This document shows, one piece after another, positions 9,022 through 18,284 of a stretch of 59,658 nucleotides of DNA (its first letter is position 1; every line of letters starts with the position of its first letter). The stretch comes from Acidimicrobiaceae bacterium. GTDB lineage: Bacteria > Actinomycetota > Acidimicrobiia > Acidimicrobiales > Aldehydirespiratoraceae. Both the position numbers and the translations under genes were made by a program. The stretch lies in NCBI GenBank assembly GCA_002729125.1, contig PBTQ01000053.1, positions 1 to 59,658 on the forward strand, given 5' to 3'. Under the pieces are notes generated by a model. The model did not search any database. It was not told the origin of the DNA and was given only the letters and a program-made list of their open reading frames with translations.

Positions 9022-10437
9022 ATGGCTGATGTTCCGGATTTTCGATCGACCACCGTCGAAGCGCTCGCTGCCTCTGTTCGCAGTGGGGAACGATCGGCCC
9101 GTTCGTTGACCGACGCGGCCCTCGATCGGATCGAGGCCGGAAACGTCGAACTGAACGCCTTCGTCGCGATCGATGCAGAGGCGGCGCGGCGTCAAGCCGA
9201 TGCGGTCGATGAGCGGCTCGCAGCGGGGAAGGATGTCGGTCCCCTCGCCGGGATCCCGATCGGCGTGAAGGACCTTGCGGACGCTGCCGGTTTCCGCACG
9301 ACGCGGGGCGCCGCTCACCTCGCCGACAGTGCGCCGGTGAACCACGATGCCACCGAGGTTGCCCGACTCCGGGCGGCGGGCTGTGTGGTGATCGGCAAGA
9401 CCAACACGCCAGAAGCGGGCTTCGTCGGCGACACGTACAACCCGACCTTCGGTCCGACCCGCAATCCGTGGAACACCGAACGTTCACCTGGCGGTTCGTC
9501 GGGAGGTACCTCGGCGGCGATCGCGAGCGGATTTGTCCCGCTTGCGACCGGTTCGGACGGTGGTGGGTCCATCCGGATCCCGTCCACCGTCTGCGGCCTG
9601 TCGGGCTTCAAGTCGAGCCAGGGCCGCATCCCGCACGGCCCGGCACCGATGGGAGCCGCCGACCTGTCGACCGTCGGGCCGATGGCGCGCAGGATCCGCG
9701 ATGTCGCGCTCGCCCTCGATGTCGTCGTCGGCCCGAGCGCCGACGACCTGCGCTCGCTCCCACACCCGAAAGCATCGTTCCGGGCGGTCTGCGACGCGCC
9801 GCAGGCACCGAGGCGCCTGCTCTACTGCGCTTCGACGGACGACACCTCCACGGTCGACGACGAGATCGCTGCTCGCACCGCCGAGGCAGTCGACACCATC
9901 CGGGCTGCCGGGGTCGAGGTCGTCGAGGTTGATGGCGTGCTTCCCGATGCCTTCTCCCCGTTCCTCCTGTTGTTCTTCGGCGGCATGGTGCCTGCGTACC
10001 GCCATCTCATGGGCACGGACGCCTTTGATGCAGTCACTCCAGACCTGCAACGCATCCTGCTCATGGCCGATGAGCGGCTCACCCCCGACTCGATCGAGGA
10101 GGCCCGCAAAGACGCGCAGGCCAATTCGGTGATGCTGGCCGAGGCGATGGTTGGGTTCGATGCGCTCATCACTCCGACGGTGATTGGCCACACGCCGGTG
10201 TCCCAGCGGGGTGGTGTGATCAACGGCAACGAGGAGCTCGGGTGGGTCGGGAACACCTTTGCGTTCAATGTGACCCGTCGACCGGCCGGCACCACACCGA
10301 TCGGTCTCACCGCCGACGGGATGCCGCTCGGACTGCAGATCGTCGGTCACCAACTCGACGATCTGCGAACGGTTGAACTCACGGCCTGGGCCGAGGACGT
10401 GTTCGGCCTTGACCTGGTCGCTCCGTTCCCCGCATGA
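9022..10437 (+). CDS. Amidase signature family protein
   Basis: GIPIGVKDL, GKTNTPE, PGGSSGGT, GSDGGGSIRIP. Confidence 0.93.
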   Translation: MADVPDFRSTTVEALAASVRSGERSARSLTDAALDRIEAGNVELNAFVAIDAEAARRQADAVDERLAAGKDVGPLAGIPIGVKDLADAAGFRTTRGAAHLADSAPVNHDATEVARLRAAGCVVIGKTNTPEAGFVGDTYNPTFGPTRNPWNTERSPGGSSGGTSAAIASGFVPLATGSDGGGSIRIPSTVCGLSGFKSSQGRIPHGPAPMGAADLSTVGPMARRIRDVALALDVVVGPSADDLRSLPHPKASFRAVCDAPQAPRRLLYCASTDDTSTVDDEIAARTAEAVDTIRAAGVEVVEVDGVLPDAFSPFLLLFFGGMVPAYRHLMGTDAFDAVTPDLQRILLMADERLTPDSIEEARKDAQANSVMLAEAMVGFDALITPTVIGHTPVSQRGGVINGNEELGWVGNTFAFNVTRRPAGTTPIGLTADGMPLGLQIVGHQLDDLRTVELTAWAEDVFGLDLVAPFPA

Positions 10438-10835
10438 CCGGCGTTCGTGTCGAAGGCCACGACCATGTCGTGGTGACGGTTGCCGACGTTGAACGCTCGC
10501 TCACCTGGTACCGCGATCTTCTCGGACTCAAGGTCGAGCGAGAAGCCGAGTGGCGGGCCGGTGAAGTGCCGTTTCCGTCGATGCGTATTGACAACGGCGC
10601 CGTGATCGACCTCCTCGCCGGCGAACGCACCGGCCAGAACATCGATCACGTGGCGCTCCGGGTCGCCGGCGACACCGACCTCGACGCAGTGGCGTCATCC
10701 GGTGATTTCGATGTCGTTCGCGGGCCGATCTGGGTGTGGGGCGCGAAGGGTGGCGGCTGGGCGTTGTACGTGCGTGATCCCGACGGCAATGTGGTCGAAC
10801 TTAAGCGGTACGGCGGTGAGCCGCCGCAGCGGTGA
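10434..10835 (+). CDS. VOC/glyoxalase family protein
   Basis: DHVVVTVADVERSLTWY...DHVAL...YVRDPDGNVVEL; ATGA overlap with the amidase stop. Confidence 0.9.
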   Translation: MTGVRVEGHDHVVVTVADVERSLTWYRDLLGLKVEREAEWRAGEVPFPSMRIDNGAVIDLLAGERTGQNIDHVALRVAGDTDLDAVASSGDFDVVRGPIWVWGAKGGGWALYVRDPDGNVVELKRYGGEPPQR

Positions 10836-10889
10836 TCCCGGCCGAAGGGTCGGCGCCCGGGATGTGATCCGGTATCGTTTCGGTCTCTT

Positions 10890-10966
10890 GGGCCGTTAGC
10901 TCAGTTGGCTAGAGCGCTGCCTTCACACGGCAGAGGTCACTGGTTCGAATCCAGTACGGCCCACCA
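10890..10966 (+). tRNA. tRNA-Val (anticodon CAC)
   Basis: Acceptor stem GGGCCGT/ACGGCCC, D-arm AGCTCAGTTGGCTAGAGC, anticodon arm CTGCC-TTCACAC-GGCAG, T-loop GGTTCGAATCC, encoded CCA. Confidence 0.97.
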
Positions 10967-10978
10967 CTCCCGGAAGGT

Positions 10979-11004
10979 CCGGCCCGGCGACTGTCGCCGG
11001 CCGG
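10979..11004. terminator. GC-rich hairpin between convergent tRNA-Val and esterase genes
   Basis: CCGGCGA-CTG-TCGCCGG inverted repeat with flanking extension; no U-tract. Confidence 0.45.
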
Positions 11005-11640
11005 TCAGAGCACGCTCGAGAGCCAGGCCCGGGCGTCGATCATCATTTCGATAGTCTGGCTGTGGGTCATCTCGTAGGCGTGATGGTCAAGGTTCCAGCC
11101 CCCGGCCTGCAGTGTGGAGATCACCTCGGCCGGTGCATCGGGTCCGATCACCGGGTCCTTGGTTCCCCACTGGAAGAGCACGGGGCGCCCATCACCGTCG
11201 GAGAGATCGAACTCGAAATCCGGCGCGCCGGGGAGGCCGCAGCAGATCGCCCAGACACCGGCGTAACGAGGAGCGCCCGCCTTGCCCGCAAGCGCCAACG
11301 ACAAGAAGCCGCCCTGGCTGAAGCCGCCGACCGCGCAGCGCTCCAAGGGCACACCGGCTTTGTCGGCCTCGTTGGCGATGAAGTCCTCGAGCATCTCGAG
11401 TGACGGAACAAAGCGCGACCAGTCGTGCTCGAAGGTCTGAACGTCGATCGTCCACCAGCCGGCGCCGTCGCCGTCGGGCATGTCGATCGGGCCACGGGGG
11501 GCGATCGCCGTGAAGCGTTCGTCGGGATCGACGAGGGGCACGTACGACGCCAGGTGATGCTGTTCGGCTGTGTAGCCGTGCATGAGAAAGAGGAGACGGT
11601 CGGCACCGTCGCGATCGATGCGGTACTGGGTCAGCGGCAT
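11005..11640 (-). CDS. Phospholipase/carboxylesterase (alpha/beta hydrolase)
   Basis: MHGY, APRGP, GFSQGG nucleophile elbow, GTKDPVI, TH; start taken at MPLTQY. Confidence 0.88.
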   Translation of the reverse strand: MPLTQYRIDRDGADRLLFLMHGYTAEQHHLASYVPLVDPDERFTAIAPRGPIDMPDGDGAGWWTIDVQTFEHDWSRFVPSLEMLEDFIANEADKAGVPLERCAVGGFSQGGFLSLALAGKAGAPRYAGVWAICCGLPGAPDFEFDLSDGDGRPVLFQWGTKDPVIGPDAPAEVISTLQAGGWNLDHHAYEMTHSQTIEMMIDARAWLSSVL

Positions 11641-11742
11641 GAAGGGAGTCTGGCACCAGAATCTCGGTGCCGGGGGAACGCCGTGAGCTGGGGCCGCCCG
11701 TCGCATCGGACGCCGATCGTCGGGGCAGGCCGGCGTGGCCCG

Positions 11743-12261
11743 TCAGAGGAACTCGCCGCAGAAGCGGCACTTGACCGCCGCCGCCTTGATCACCTCGGCG
11801 CAGTACGGGCAGCGTTTCTCGGCCTCAGGGTCGACCTCGACGCGGATGTCGTTCGTCACGGCGACGGTTGCGTTTCGGAGCGCGGCGGCCATGCGGGCTG
11901 CGCCCGAGGTCATGTTGTCGACCGTGACATCGCCGGAGCTGGTCGTGAGCGTGAGGGTCGACTGGAACATGCCCTCGACGAGCACCACGGCGCTGATCGA
12001 GTCAAGTTCGATGCTCTCCACCGTCGACTCGGATGCGAGCGCCCGGACGGCTTGGCCGACGAGGATGACTCGGGTCTCGGTCGCCACGATGTAGCCGAGT
12101 CCGTTGCCTATCTTGCCCCTGGCCGCCTCGACGACCAACTCGGTGTCACCGAGCTCTGCCATCAGGGCTCGGAATGGGCGGCGGCTCGTGAGACCGTTCT
12201 TGATCCCGCGCCCCGCCAACCAGCGGTCGAAGTTGTCGTCGCTGCGGGTCAGGCCGTGCAT
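11743..12261 (-). CDS. Bacterial PH-like domain protein with C-terminal zinc ribbon
   Basis: GYIVATETRVIL...ESIELDSISAV (bacterial PH-like); KRCPYCAEVIKAAAVKCRFCG. Confidence 0.75.
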   Translation of the reverse strand: MHGLTRSDDNFDRWLAGRGIKNGLTSRRPFRALMAELGDTELVVEAARGKIGNGLGYIVATETRVILVGQAVRALASESTVESIELDSISAVVLVEGMFQSTLTLTTSSGDVTVDNMTSGAARMAAALRNATVAVTNDIRVEVDPEAEKRCPYCAEVIKAAAVKCRFCGEFL

Positions 12262-12286
12262 TGGTCGAACCCGGCGTGCCTGTCGA

Positions 12287-15085
12287 TCAGCGGCCGATGC
12301 TGACCGGCGTGGCCGTCAACTCTTCGGTCGGCGGCTCGAAGCGGGTCAGGTCGATGCCTTCGACGGCGGCCTTGTACTCCTCGATAGTGGGCGTGCGCCC
12401 GAGTACCGACGACAGCACCACCACCGGTGTCGAGGCAAGCAGCGACTCGCCCTTCTTCTCATCGGAGTCACGCACGACGCGGCCCTGGAAGAGGCGGGTG
12501 GAGGTGGCCATCACCGTGTCACCCGGCTCGGCCTTCTCCTGGTTGCCCATGCAGAGATTGCAGCCCGGACGCTCGAGATAGAGGATGTTCTCGTAGCCGG
12601 TTCGGGCAACGCTCTTCGGGTCGGTGTCGTCGAACTCGAATCCGGCGTAGCGGCTAAGCAGCTCCCAGTCACCCTCGGCCTTGAGTTCGTCGACGATGTT
12701 GTACGTCGGCGGTGCGACCACGAGCGGCGCCTGAAACTCCACTTCGCCGTGTTGTGCTTCGAGGTTGCGCAGCATCTGGGCGAGGATCTTCATGTCGCCC
12801 TTGTGCACCATGCACGAGCCGACGAAACCGAGGTCGACCGTCTTGGTCCCGCTGTAGTGCGACAGCTCACGAATGGTGTCGTGGGTGTAGCGCTTCGACG
12901 GGTCGTCGTTGTTCACGTCGGGATCGGCGATCATCGGTTCGTCGATCTGATCGAGGTCGACGGTGAACTCGGCGTAGTACTTCGCGTCGGTGTCGGGAGC
13001 CAGCGGTGGGCGCTCACCGCTCTCGATCTCGGCGATGCGGGCGGTGGCGCGATCGACGAGGCCCTGGAGCACGGCGTTGACGTTGTCCATGCCCTTGTCG
13101 ATCATCACCTGGATGCGATCGCGGGCGATCACGAGCGACTCGACGAGGGTCTGGCTGTCTGAGATGTTGATCGAGGCCTTCGCCTTCATCTCGGCGGTCC
13201 AGTCGGTGAACGTGAACGCCTGGTCGGAGGCGAGCGTGCCGATGTGAACCTCGATGACCCGGCCCTGGAAGACGTTCTCGCCGTCGAACCCCTCCAACAT
13301 CTGCGTCTGGGTGGCGTGCACGACATCGCGGAAGTCCATGTGGGCGGGCATGTCACCTTTGAAGGTGACCTTGACCGATTCGGGGATCGGCATCGATGCC
13401 TCGCCGGTGGCGAGGGCGAGAGCGACCGTGCCGGAGTCGGCGCCGAACGCCACACCCTTCGACATGCGGGTGTGGGAGTCGCCGCCGATGATGATCGCCC
13501 AGTCGTCGACGGTGATGTCGTTGAGGACCTTATGGATCACGTCGGTCATCGGGGCGTAGTGGTGCTCCGGATCGCGAGCGGTGATCAGCCCGAAGTCGTT
13601 CATGAATTTCATCAGGCGCGGGATGTTTTCCTGCGCCCTGGTGTCCCACACCGAGGCCGTGTGGCAGCCCGACTGGTAGCCGGCGTCGACGATCGGGGAG
13701 ATGACCGTCGACGCCATCATCTCGAGCTCCTGGGAGGTCATCAGGCCGGTGGTGTCCTGCGAGCCGACGATGTTGACTTCGACCCGGGTGTACGACCCGG
13801 CATGGAGCGTGGCGCCGGACGTGCCGACGGCGTTGCGGTTGAAGATCTTCTCGACAGCGGTAAGGCCCTGGCCCTCGTGGGAGACCTCGTCGGACGGGGC
13901 GAACACCGCCGGGGTGTCGATGCCGAGCGTGTTGGCGGCGAAGGTCTGCAGCTTCTTGCCGAAGACGACGGCGTAGGAGCCACCGGCCTTCATGAACTCG
14001 ACCTTCTGCGGTGTGAAAGCCGACGAGATGTCCATGACCTTGTTGCCATCGGTGTCGATCAGTTTCCGAGTGCGGGTGTTGATCGTGAAGACCGAACCGG
14101 TATCGACCGAGTAGGTCTGTTCGAGAATTGCTTCACCGTCGTCGTCGACGATGAGCTCGCCGTCGGCGTCGAACTGGGTCACCCAGTTCTTGAGGTCGAG
14201 ACCGATACCGCCGGTGACGCCGACAGTGGTGAGAAAGATCGGGGAAATGCCGTTCGTGCCGCCGACGATCGGGGCGTAGTTGATGAACGGCACGTACTCG
14301 CTGGCCTGCTTGCCGATCCAGAGGGCGACGTTGTTCACCCCGGACATGCGCGACGAACCCACACCCATCGTGCCCTTCTCTGCGACCAGCAGAACGCGCT
14401 TGTCGGGGTGGGCGGCCTGGAGGTCGAGCAGCGCCTGCTTCTGTTCCTTGTTGTGCTCGAACATGCTCTGGCCGTGCAACTCCCGATCGGAACGGGAGTG
14501 GGCATCGGCGCCGGGGGATAGGAGGTCGGTGGAGATGTCGCCGACGCCGGCGACGAAGGTCACGACCTCGATCTCTTCATCTATGTCGGGGAGCTCGGTG
14601 AAGAACTCAGCGTTTGCGTAGCTCTGCAGCACCTCGGTGGCGAGCGCGTTCCCGCCCTGGTGCGCTTCGGCCAGGCGGGCCATGTCCGCTTCGTAGAGGA
14701 AGACCTGGGTCCTGAGCACATCGGCGGCGGCTCGGGCCAAGTCCTCGTCGTCGCCGAGCAGGAGGTCAAGCAGGACCGCAATCGACGGGCCGCCCTTCAT
14801 GTGCGAAAGCTGCTCGAACGCTGACTCGACCGAGATGCCATCGATGGCGCGAGCACCGGTGATCGCGTCCTTCAGCACGACGGCTTTGAGGCCGGCAGCA
14901 CTCGTGGTGCCGGGGAGCACGTTGTAGACGAAGAAGTCGAGGCAGTCGGTCCGGTGGGCGCTGTCGGAGTCTGACATGCGCGCAACGATCTCGGTCAGCA
15001 GGTCGACGCCGTCGACCGGCTTCGGGTTGAGCCCGTGCGCCTCCCGGTCCTCGATCTCGTCCAGGTAGTCCTCGTACAAGCTCAT
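12287..15085 (-). CDS. acnB: Aconitate hydratase 2 / 2-methylisocitrate dehydratase (AcnB type)
   Basis: N-terminal HEAT-like region; STDLLSPG..AHSRSD; GVGSSRMS; GSQDTTG; QSGCHT; GGDSHTR; GSCMVH; PGCNLCMGNQ; STRLF. Confidence 0.93.
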   Translation of the reverse strand: MSLYEDYLDEIEDREAHGLNPKPVDGVDLLTEIVARMSDSDSAHRTDCLDFFVYNVLPGTTSAAGLKAVVLKDAITGARAIDGISVESAFEQLSHMKGGPSIAVLLDLLLGDDEDLARAAADVLRTQVFLYEADMARLAEAHQGGNALATEVLQSYANAEFFTELPDIDEEIEVVTFVAGVGDISTDLLSPGADAHSRSDRELHGQSMFEHNKEQKQALLDLQAAHPDKRVLLVAEKGTMGVGSSRMSGVNNVALWIGKQASEYVPFINYAPIVGGTNGISPIFLTTVGVTGGIGLDLKNWVTQFDADGELIVDDDGEAILEQTYSVDTGSVFTINTRTRKLIDTDGNKVMDISSAFTPQKVEFMKAGGSYAVVFGKKLQTFAANTLGIDTPAVFAPSDEVSHEGQGLTAVEKIFNRNAVGTSGATLHAGSYTRVEVNIVGSQDTTGLMTSQELEMMASTVISPIVDAGYQSGCHTASVWDTRAQENIPRLMKFMNDFGLITARDPEHHYAPMTDVIHKVLNDITVDDWAIIIGGDSHTRMSKGVAFGADSGTVALALATGEASMPIPESVKVTFKGDMPAHMDFRDVVHATQTQMLEGFDGENVFQGRVIEVHIGTLASDQAFTFTDWTAEMKAKASINISDSQTLVESLVIARDRIQVMIDKGMDNVNAVLQGLVDRATARIAEIESGERPPLAPDTDAKYYAEFTVDLDQIDEPMIADPDVNNDDPSKRYTHDTIRELSHYSGTKTVDLGFVGSCMVHKGDMKILAQMLRNLEAQHGEVEFQAPLVVAPPTYNIVDELKAEGDWELLSRYAGFEFDDTDPKSVARTGYENILYLERPGCNLCMGNQEKAEPGDTVMATSTRLFQGRVVRDSDEKKGESLLASTPVVVLSSVLGRTPTIEEYKAAVEGIDLTRFEPPTEELTATPVSIGR

Positions 15086-15140
15086 GACGTCGGTCTCGCT
15101 TTTGCTGCGGTGGTCGTCGGGAATCCCCGGAAACGGGACC

Positions 15141-15168
15141 TACCGTACCTTGTATTGAAGTTGTATTG
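15141..15168 (-). promoter_or_regulatory. Putative acnB promoter: TACGGT -10 with two upstream CAATACAA direct repeats
   Basis: TTGTATTG at 15150-15157 and 15161-15168 (11-bp period); AT-rich patch in GC-rich DNA. Confidence 0.5.
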
Positions 15169-15210
15169 GACCGATGTCGCGGCTTCCGGAGGAGTCGACA
15201 CGGTTGGCGA

Positions 15211-16410
15211 TCACGCCGGTGTGGGCGGCGGACGCATCGTGAGGAGCAGTGCTGTGCCGAGTAGGCCGCTCACGAGCGCGGTGATCTGGGCCGCGGTGTG
15301 GCCCGAAGCGTCGATGATCGCTCCGATTGTCGGCGGCCCGACGAGGCCGCCCACACCAGCGGCCGTGTAGAGCGCACCGAGCACGCCACCCATCCCGACG
15401 ACACCGAACCGCGCGGCGACCACGGCGGGGGACAGGGCGATGAAGCCGCCGTAGGCGACCCCGAGGACGACGGCGAAGAGGATCAGCAGGCTGTAGCTCG
15501 TATCGGCGACGATCCACAGCAACACACTGAGCGACAGCACGAGGAACGACAGTTGGTACAGCCCGGTGATGCCGATGCGGGCGGCGACCGCACCGAAGCC
15601 GAGCCGGCCTGCGATCGAACTCATGCCGATCAACCCCAGCAAGACCGCAGCCGAACCGGTGCCGCCGACCGTGTCGATGTAGTCGGCGAGGAAGACGAAG
15701 GGGGTGAACAAGGTGATCGAGATCAGGATCGACGAGACGTAGAGAATCCAGAAGTCGACGCGACCACGAACCGCCTCTCGGATCGGTACGGCCGACGCCG
15801 CCGAGGTGGGGGGACGGTGAGCCCCGACGGCAGCGACGGTCAGGAGCACGGCGGTCATGATCGCAAGCAGTCGATAGGCGTCACGCCAGCCCTGGTTGTC
15901 GATGACCCACTCGACCAGCGGCACCATGACGAGGGTTCCCGTGCCGATGCCGGCCACGGCCAAGCCCAGCGCGAGCGTTCGCCTCGCTTCGAACCAGCCG
16001 CCGACCGTGGCGACCATCGGCACGTAGCAGCATGCGACGCCGAACCCGACGCCGAGGCCGTACGTGAGGTAGCCGAGTTGGATCGACTCGACCTCGGCGG
16101 TGAGGAGAAGTCCGATGGTCATCGCTGTCGCACCAAAGAGGACGACTCGGCGAGGGCCATGGCGATCGGTGATCCGCCCGGTCACGATCCCAAGCGCGAA
16201 GTAGGCGAAGGTCGTCAGCGCGAAGAACAGCGCCGTTTCCGACCGATCGGTGCCGAACTCGTCGGCCATTGGGCCAAAGAATTCACCGAAGCTGTACGCC
16301 ACCCCGAACACCGTGAACATCGCCAAGAAGGCGGATGCCACGACGACCCACGACCGCGCCGAATCGACGCCGTGGATCGATGGGGGATCGGTGGACGTGG
16401 AATCGGTCAG
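15211..16410 (-). CDS. MFS transporter (monocarboxylate/OFA-like)
   Basis: About 12 TM helices; GRITDRHGPRRV motif A; WFEARRTLALG. Conserved-looking DSARSWVV lies upstream of the GTG at 16341, so the start is placed at CTG 16410 (uncertain). Confidence 0.85.
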   Translation of the reverse strand: MTDSTSTDPPSIHGVDSARSWVVVASAFLAMFTVFGVAYSFGEFFGPMADEFGTDRSETALFFALTTFAYFALGIVTGRITDRHGPRRVVLFGATAMTIGLLLTAEVESIQLGYLTYGLGVGFGVACCYVPMVATVGGWFEARRTLALGLAVAGIGTGTLVMVPLVEWVIDNQGWRDAYRLLAIMTAVLLTVAAVGAHRPPTSAASAVPIREAVRGRVDFWILYVSSILISITLFTPFVFLADYIDTVGGTGSAAVLLGLIGMSSIAGRLGFGAVAARIGITGLYQLSFLVLSLSVLLWIVADTSYSLLILFAVVLGVAYGGFIALSPAVVAARFGVVGMGGVLGALYTAAGVGGLVGPPTIGAIIDASGHTAAQITALVSGLLGTALLLTMRPPPTPA

Positions 16411-17729
16411 CGGCGAGTTACCTTCACCGGCATGCTCGCGTAGCCGTGGACGAACGACGAGAAGACCCGCTCGGGCTCGGCGAGAACCTCAATGGTGTCG
16501 AAGCGCTTGAGCATCTCTTCCCAGAACACTCGGAGCTGAAGTTCGGCGACGCGGCTTCCCATGCAGAAGTGAATGCCGTAGCCGAAGGACAACTGGCGGT
16601 CGGCATTCTCCCGGTCGATGTCGAGGACTTCGGGATTGTCGAAGACTTCCTCGTCCATGTTGGCGGAGATGTACCACATGAGGAGCTGGTCGTCCTTCTT
16701 GATCTCCTTGCCGTTCAGGACGGTGTCCTTGGTGGCCGTGCGGCGCATGTAGGCCAGCGGCGTCTGCCAGCGGATGACCTCGGGGACGAACTTCTCGATC
16801 AACGACGGGTCGGCCTTCAGCTTCTCGAAGTTGTTGGGGAACTTGTGGAGGCCGTAGACGCTGCCGGTCATCGTGTTGCGGGTGGTGTCGTTGCCGCCGA
16901 CGATCAGCAACAGCAGATTGCCGAGGTGCTCGAAGGCCGACATGTCCTTGGTGTGCTCGCCGTTGGCGAGCATGGTGACGAGATCGAAGCCGGCCTGGCC
17001 ACGACGCTCGTCCCACAGCTTCTCGAAATAGGCGACGCACTCGAACAGCTCGTCGATCTTTTGCTGCTGAGTTTCGACGACGCCGCCCGGGCCGGGAATG
17101 GCGAACACGATGTCGGACCAGCGGGTGAGCTTGCGACGATCCTCCATCGGGAAGTCGAAAAGGGTGGCGAGCATGAGGGTCGTGAGCTCGATCGAGACCG
17201 TGTCGACCCAGTCGAACGCCTCGTCCTCAGGGAGCGAGTCGAGGAGGGCCGCAGTGCGCTCGCGGATCATCGGTTCGATGTTGCGAAGGTTGCTCGGCGC
17301 CGACACGCCACGCACCGTCTTGCGCTGCTCGGTGTGGTCGGGCGGATCCATGGCGATGAACGGGGTGAGCTGCTGGGGAAGCGCTTCTCCCTGCATCTTC
17401 TCGGCCGACAGCCCCAGAGTGATGCCGCTAGCCGAGGAGTAAGTCTCCCAATCGCCGTCGACGGCGCGGACATCGTCGTACTTGGTGATCGACCAGTAAC
17501 GACCTGAGGTCTCGAGTTCGTTGAAATGGACCGGATCCTCGGCGCGCAGGCGAGCGAAGTGTTCCTGCCAGCGATCCTCGAGGAAGAGGTGGGCGTTGAG
17601 TGGGTTGACCTCCTCGATGGGCACGTCGAAGGCGCCGGGGGCATTGCGGCCCTTCTCCGACATCTCCATCTCGGGGGTGACCACGTCGGGGTTGAAGATT
17701 TGACGCGTCTCTTCGGCCATGTCGGTCAT
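16407..17729 (-). CDS. Cytochrome P450 (CYP153-like)
   Basis: FIAMDPPDH, LLIVGGNDTTRN, EVIRWQTPLAYMRRTA, FGYGIHFCMG. Confidence 0.92.
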   Translation of the reverse strand: MTDMAEETRQIFNPDVVTPEMEMSEKGRNAPGAFDVPIEEVNPLNAHLFLEDRWQEHFARLRAEDPVHFNELETSGRYWSITKYDDVRAVDGDWETYSSASGITLGLSAEKMQGEALPQQLTPFIAMDPPDHTEQRKTVRGVSAPSNLRNIEPMIRERTAALLDSLPEDEAFDWVDTVSIELTTLMLATLFDFPMEDRRKLTRWSDIVFAIPGPGGVVETQQQKIDELFECVAYFEKLWDERRGQAGFDLVTMLANGEHTKDMSAFEHLGNLLLLIVGGNDTTRNTMTGSVYGLHKFPNNFEKLKADPSLIEKFVPEVIRWQTPLAYMRRTATKDTVLNGKEIKKDDQLLMWYISANMDEEVFDNPEVLDIDRENADRQLSFGYGIHFCMGSRVAELQLRVFWEEMLKRFDTIEVLAEPERVFSSFVHGYASMPVKVTRR

Positions 17730-17752
17730 CGGGGATGCTCCTCAGCTCAGAC

Positions 17753-17763
17753 TTACAGTGTAA
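17753..17763. promoter_or_regulatory. Palindrome TTACA-G-TGTAA, candidate repressor operator between the divergent P450 and nitroreductase-like genes
   Basis: Perfect 5-bp arms in an AT-rich intergenic spot. Confidence 0.4.
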
Positions 17764-17816
17764 TAGCGTCACGTATGGCTCTTCCAGACCTGCTCGCCGG
17801 GGTTACGCTCCGCGCC

Positions 17817-18284
17817 ATGACGCCCGAGCGACTGGCAGCTGTTCGCACCGCCCTTCTGCGCGACATGACGATCGACATCGTCACGCTCGGTGCGCGAAGC
17901 GGCGAGTGGCGCACCACCGAGATCTGGTACGTCGTCGTCGACAGCCGGATCTACCTCTGCGGCACGCCCGGGGCCGGTGAGAACGAGCGCGAGTACGCAC
18001 CTCGCGACTGGATCGCGAACCTCAAGGCCCATCCTGAGTTCCGCTTCGTGCTCAAAGAGTCGGTCGACGAAACCCTCGACGCCCGAGCCGTGATCGTCAC
18101 CGATCCCGACGAGCGACGCCGCGTGTTCAGCGCCAATGTCACCGGGTGGTATCGCCGCCAGACCGGCTCTCTCGAGGCCCTCGTCGAGCACGGCCCGATG
18201 GTGCGGGCCGACCTGCTCGGTTCCGCCGCCGGCCTCGACCTGACAACGGCAGGTACGGTCCCACCACCGAGGGAGGTCCCATGA
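17817..18284 (+). CDS. Deazaflavin(F420)-dependent nitroreductase-like (split beta-barrel) protein
   Basis: TLGARSGEWRTTEIW...RDWIANLKAHP; TACGCT 7 nt before ATG; alternative start 17775. Confidence 0.75.
   Translation: MTPERLAAVRTALLRDMTIDIVTLGARSGEWRTTEIWYVVVDSRIYLCGTPGAGENEREYAPRDWIANLKAHPEFRFVLKESVDETLDARAVIVTDPDERRRVFSANVTGWYRRQTGSLEALVEHGPMVRADLLGSAAGLDLTTAGTVPPPREVP

Noticed and set aside
10890-10966. tRNA-Val as a genomic-island insertion site
   Set aside because: No integrase, no duplicated tRNA 3' end noticed elsewhere in the window, and no evident compositional shift.
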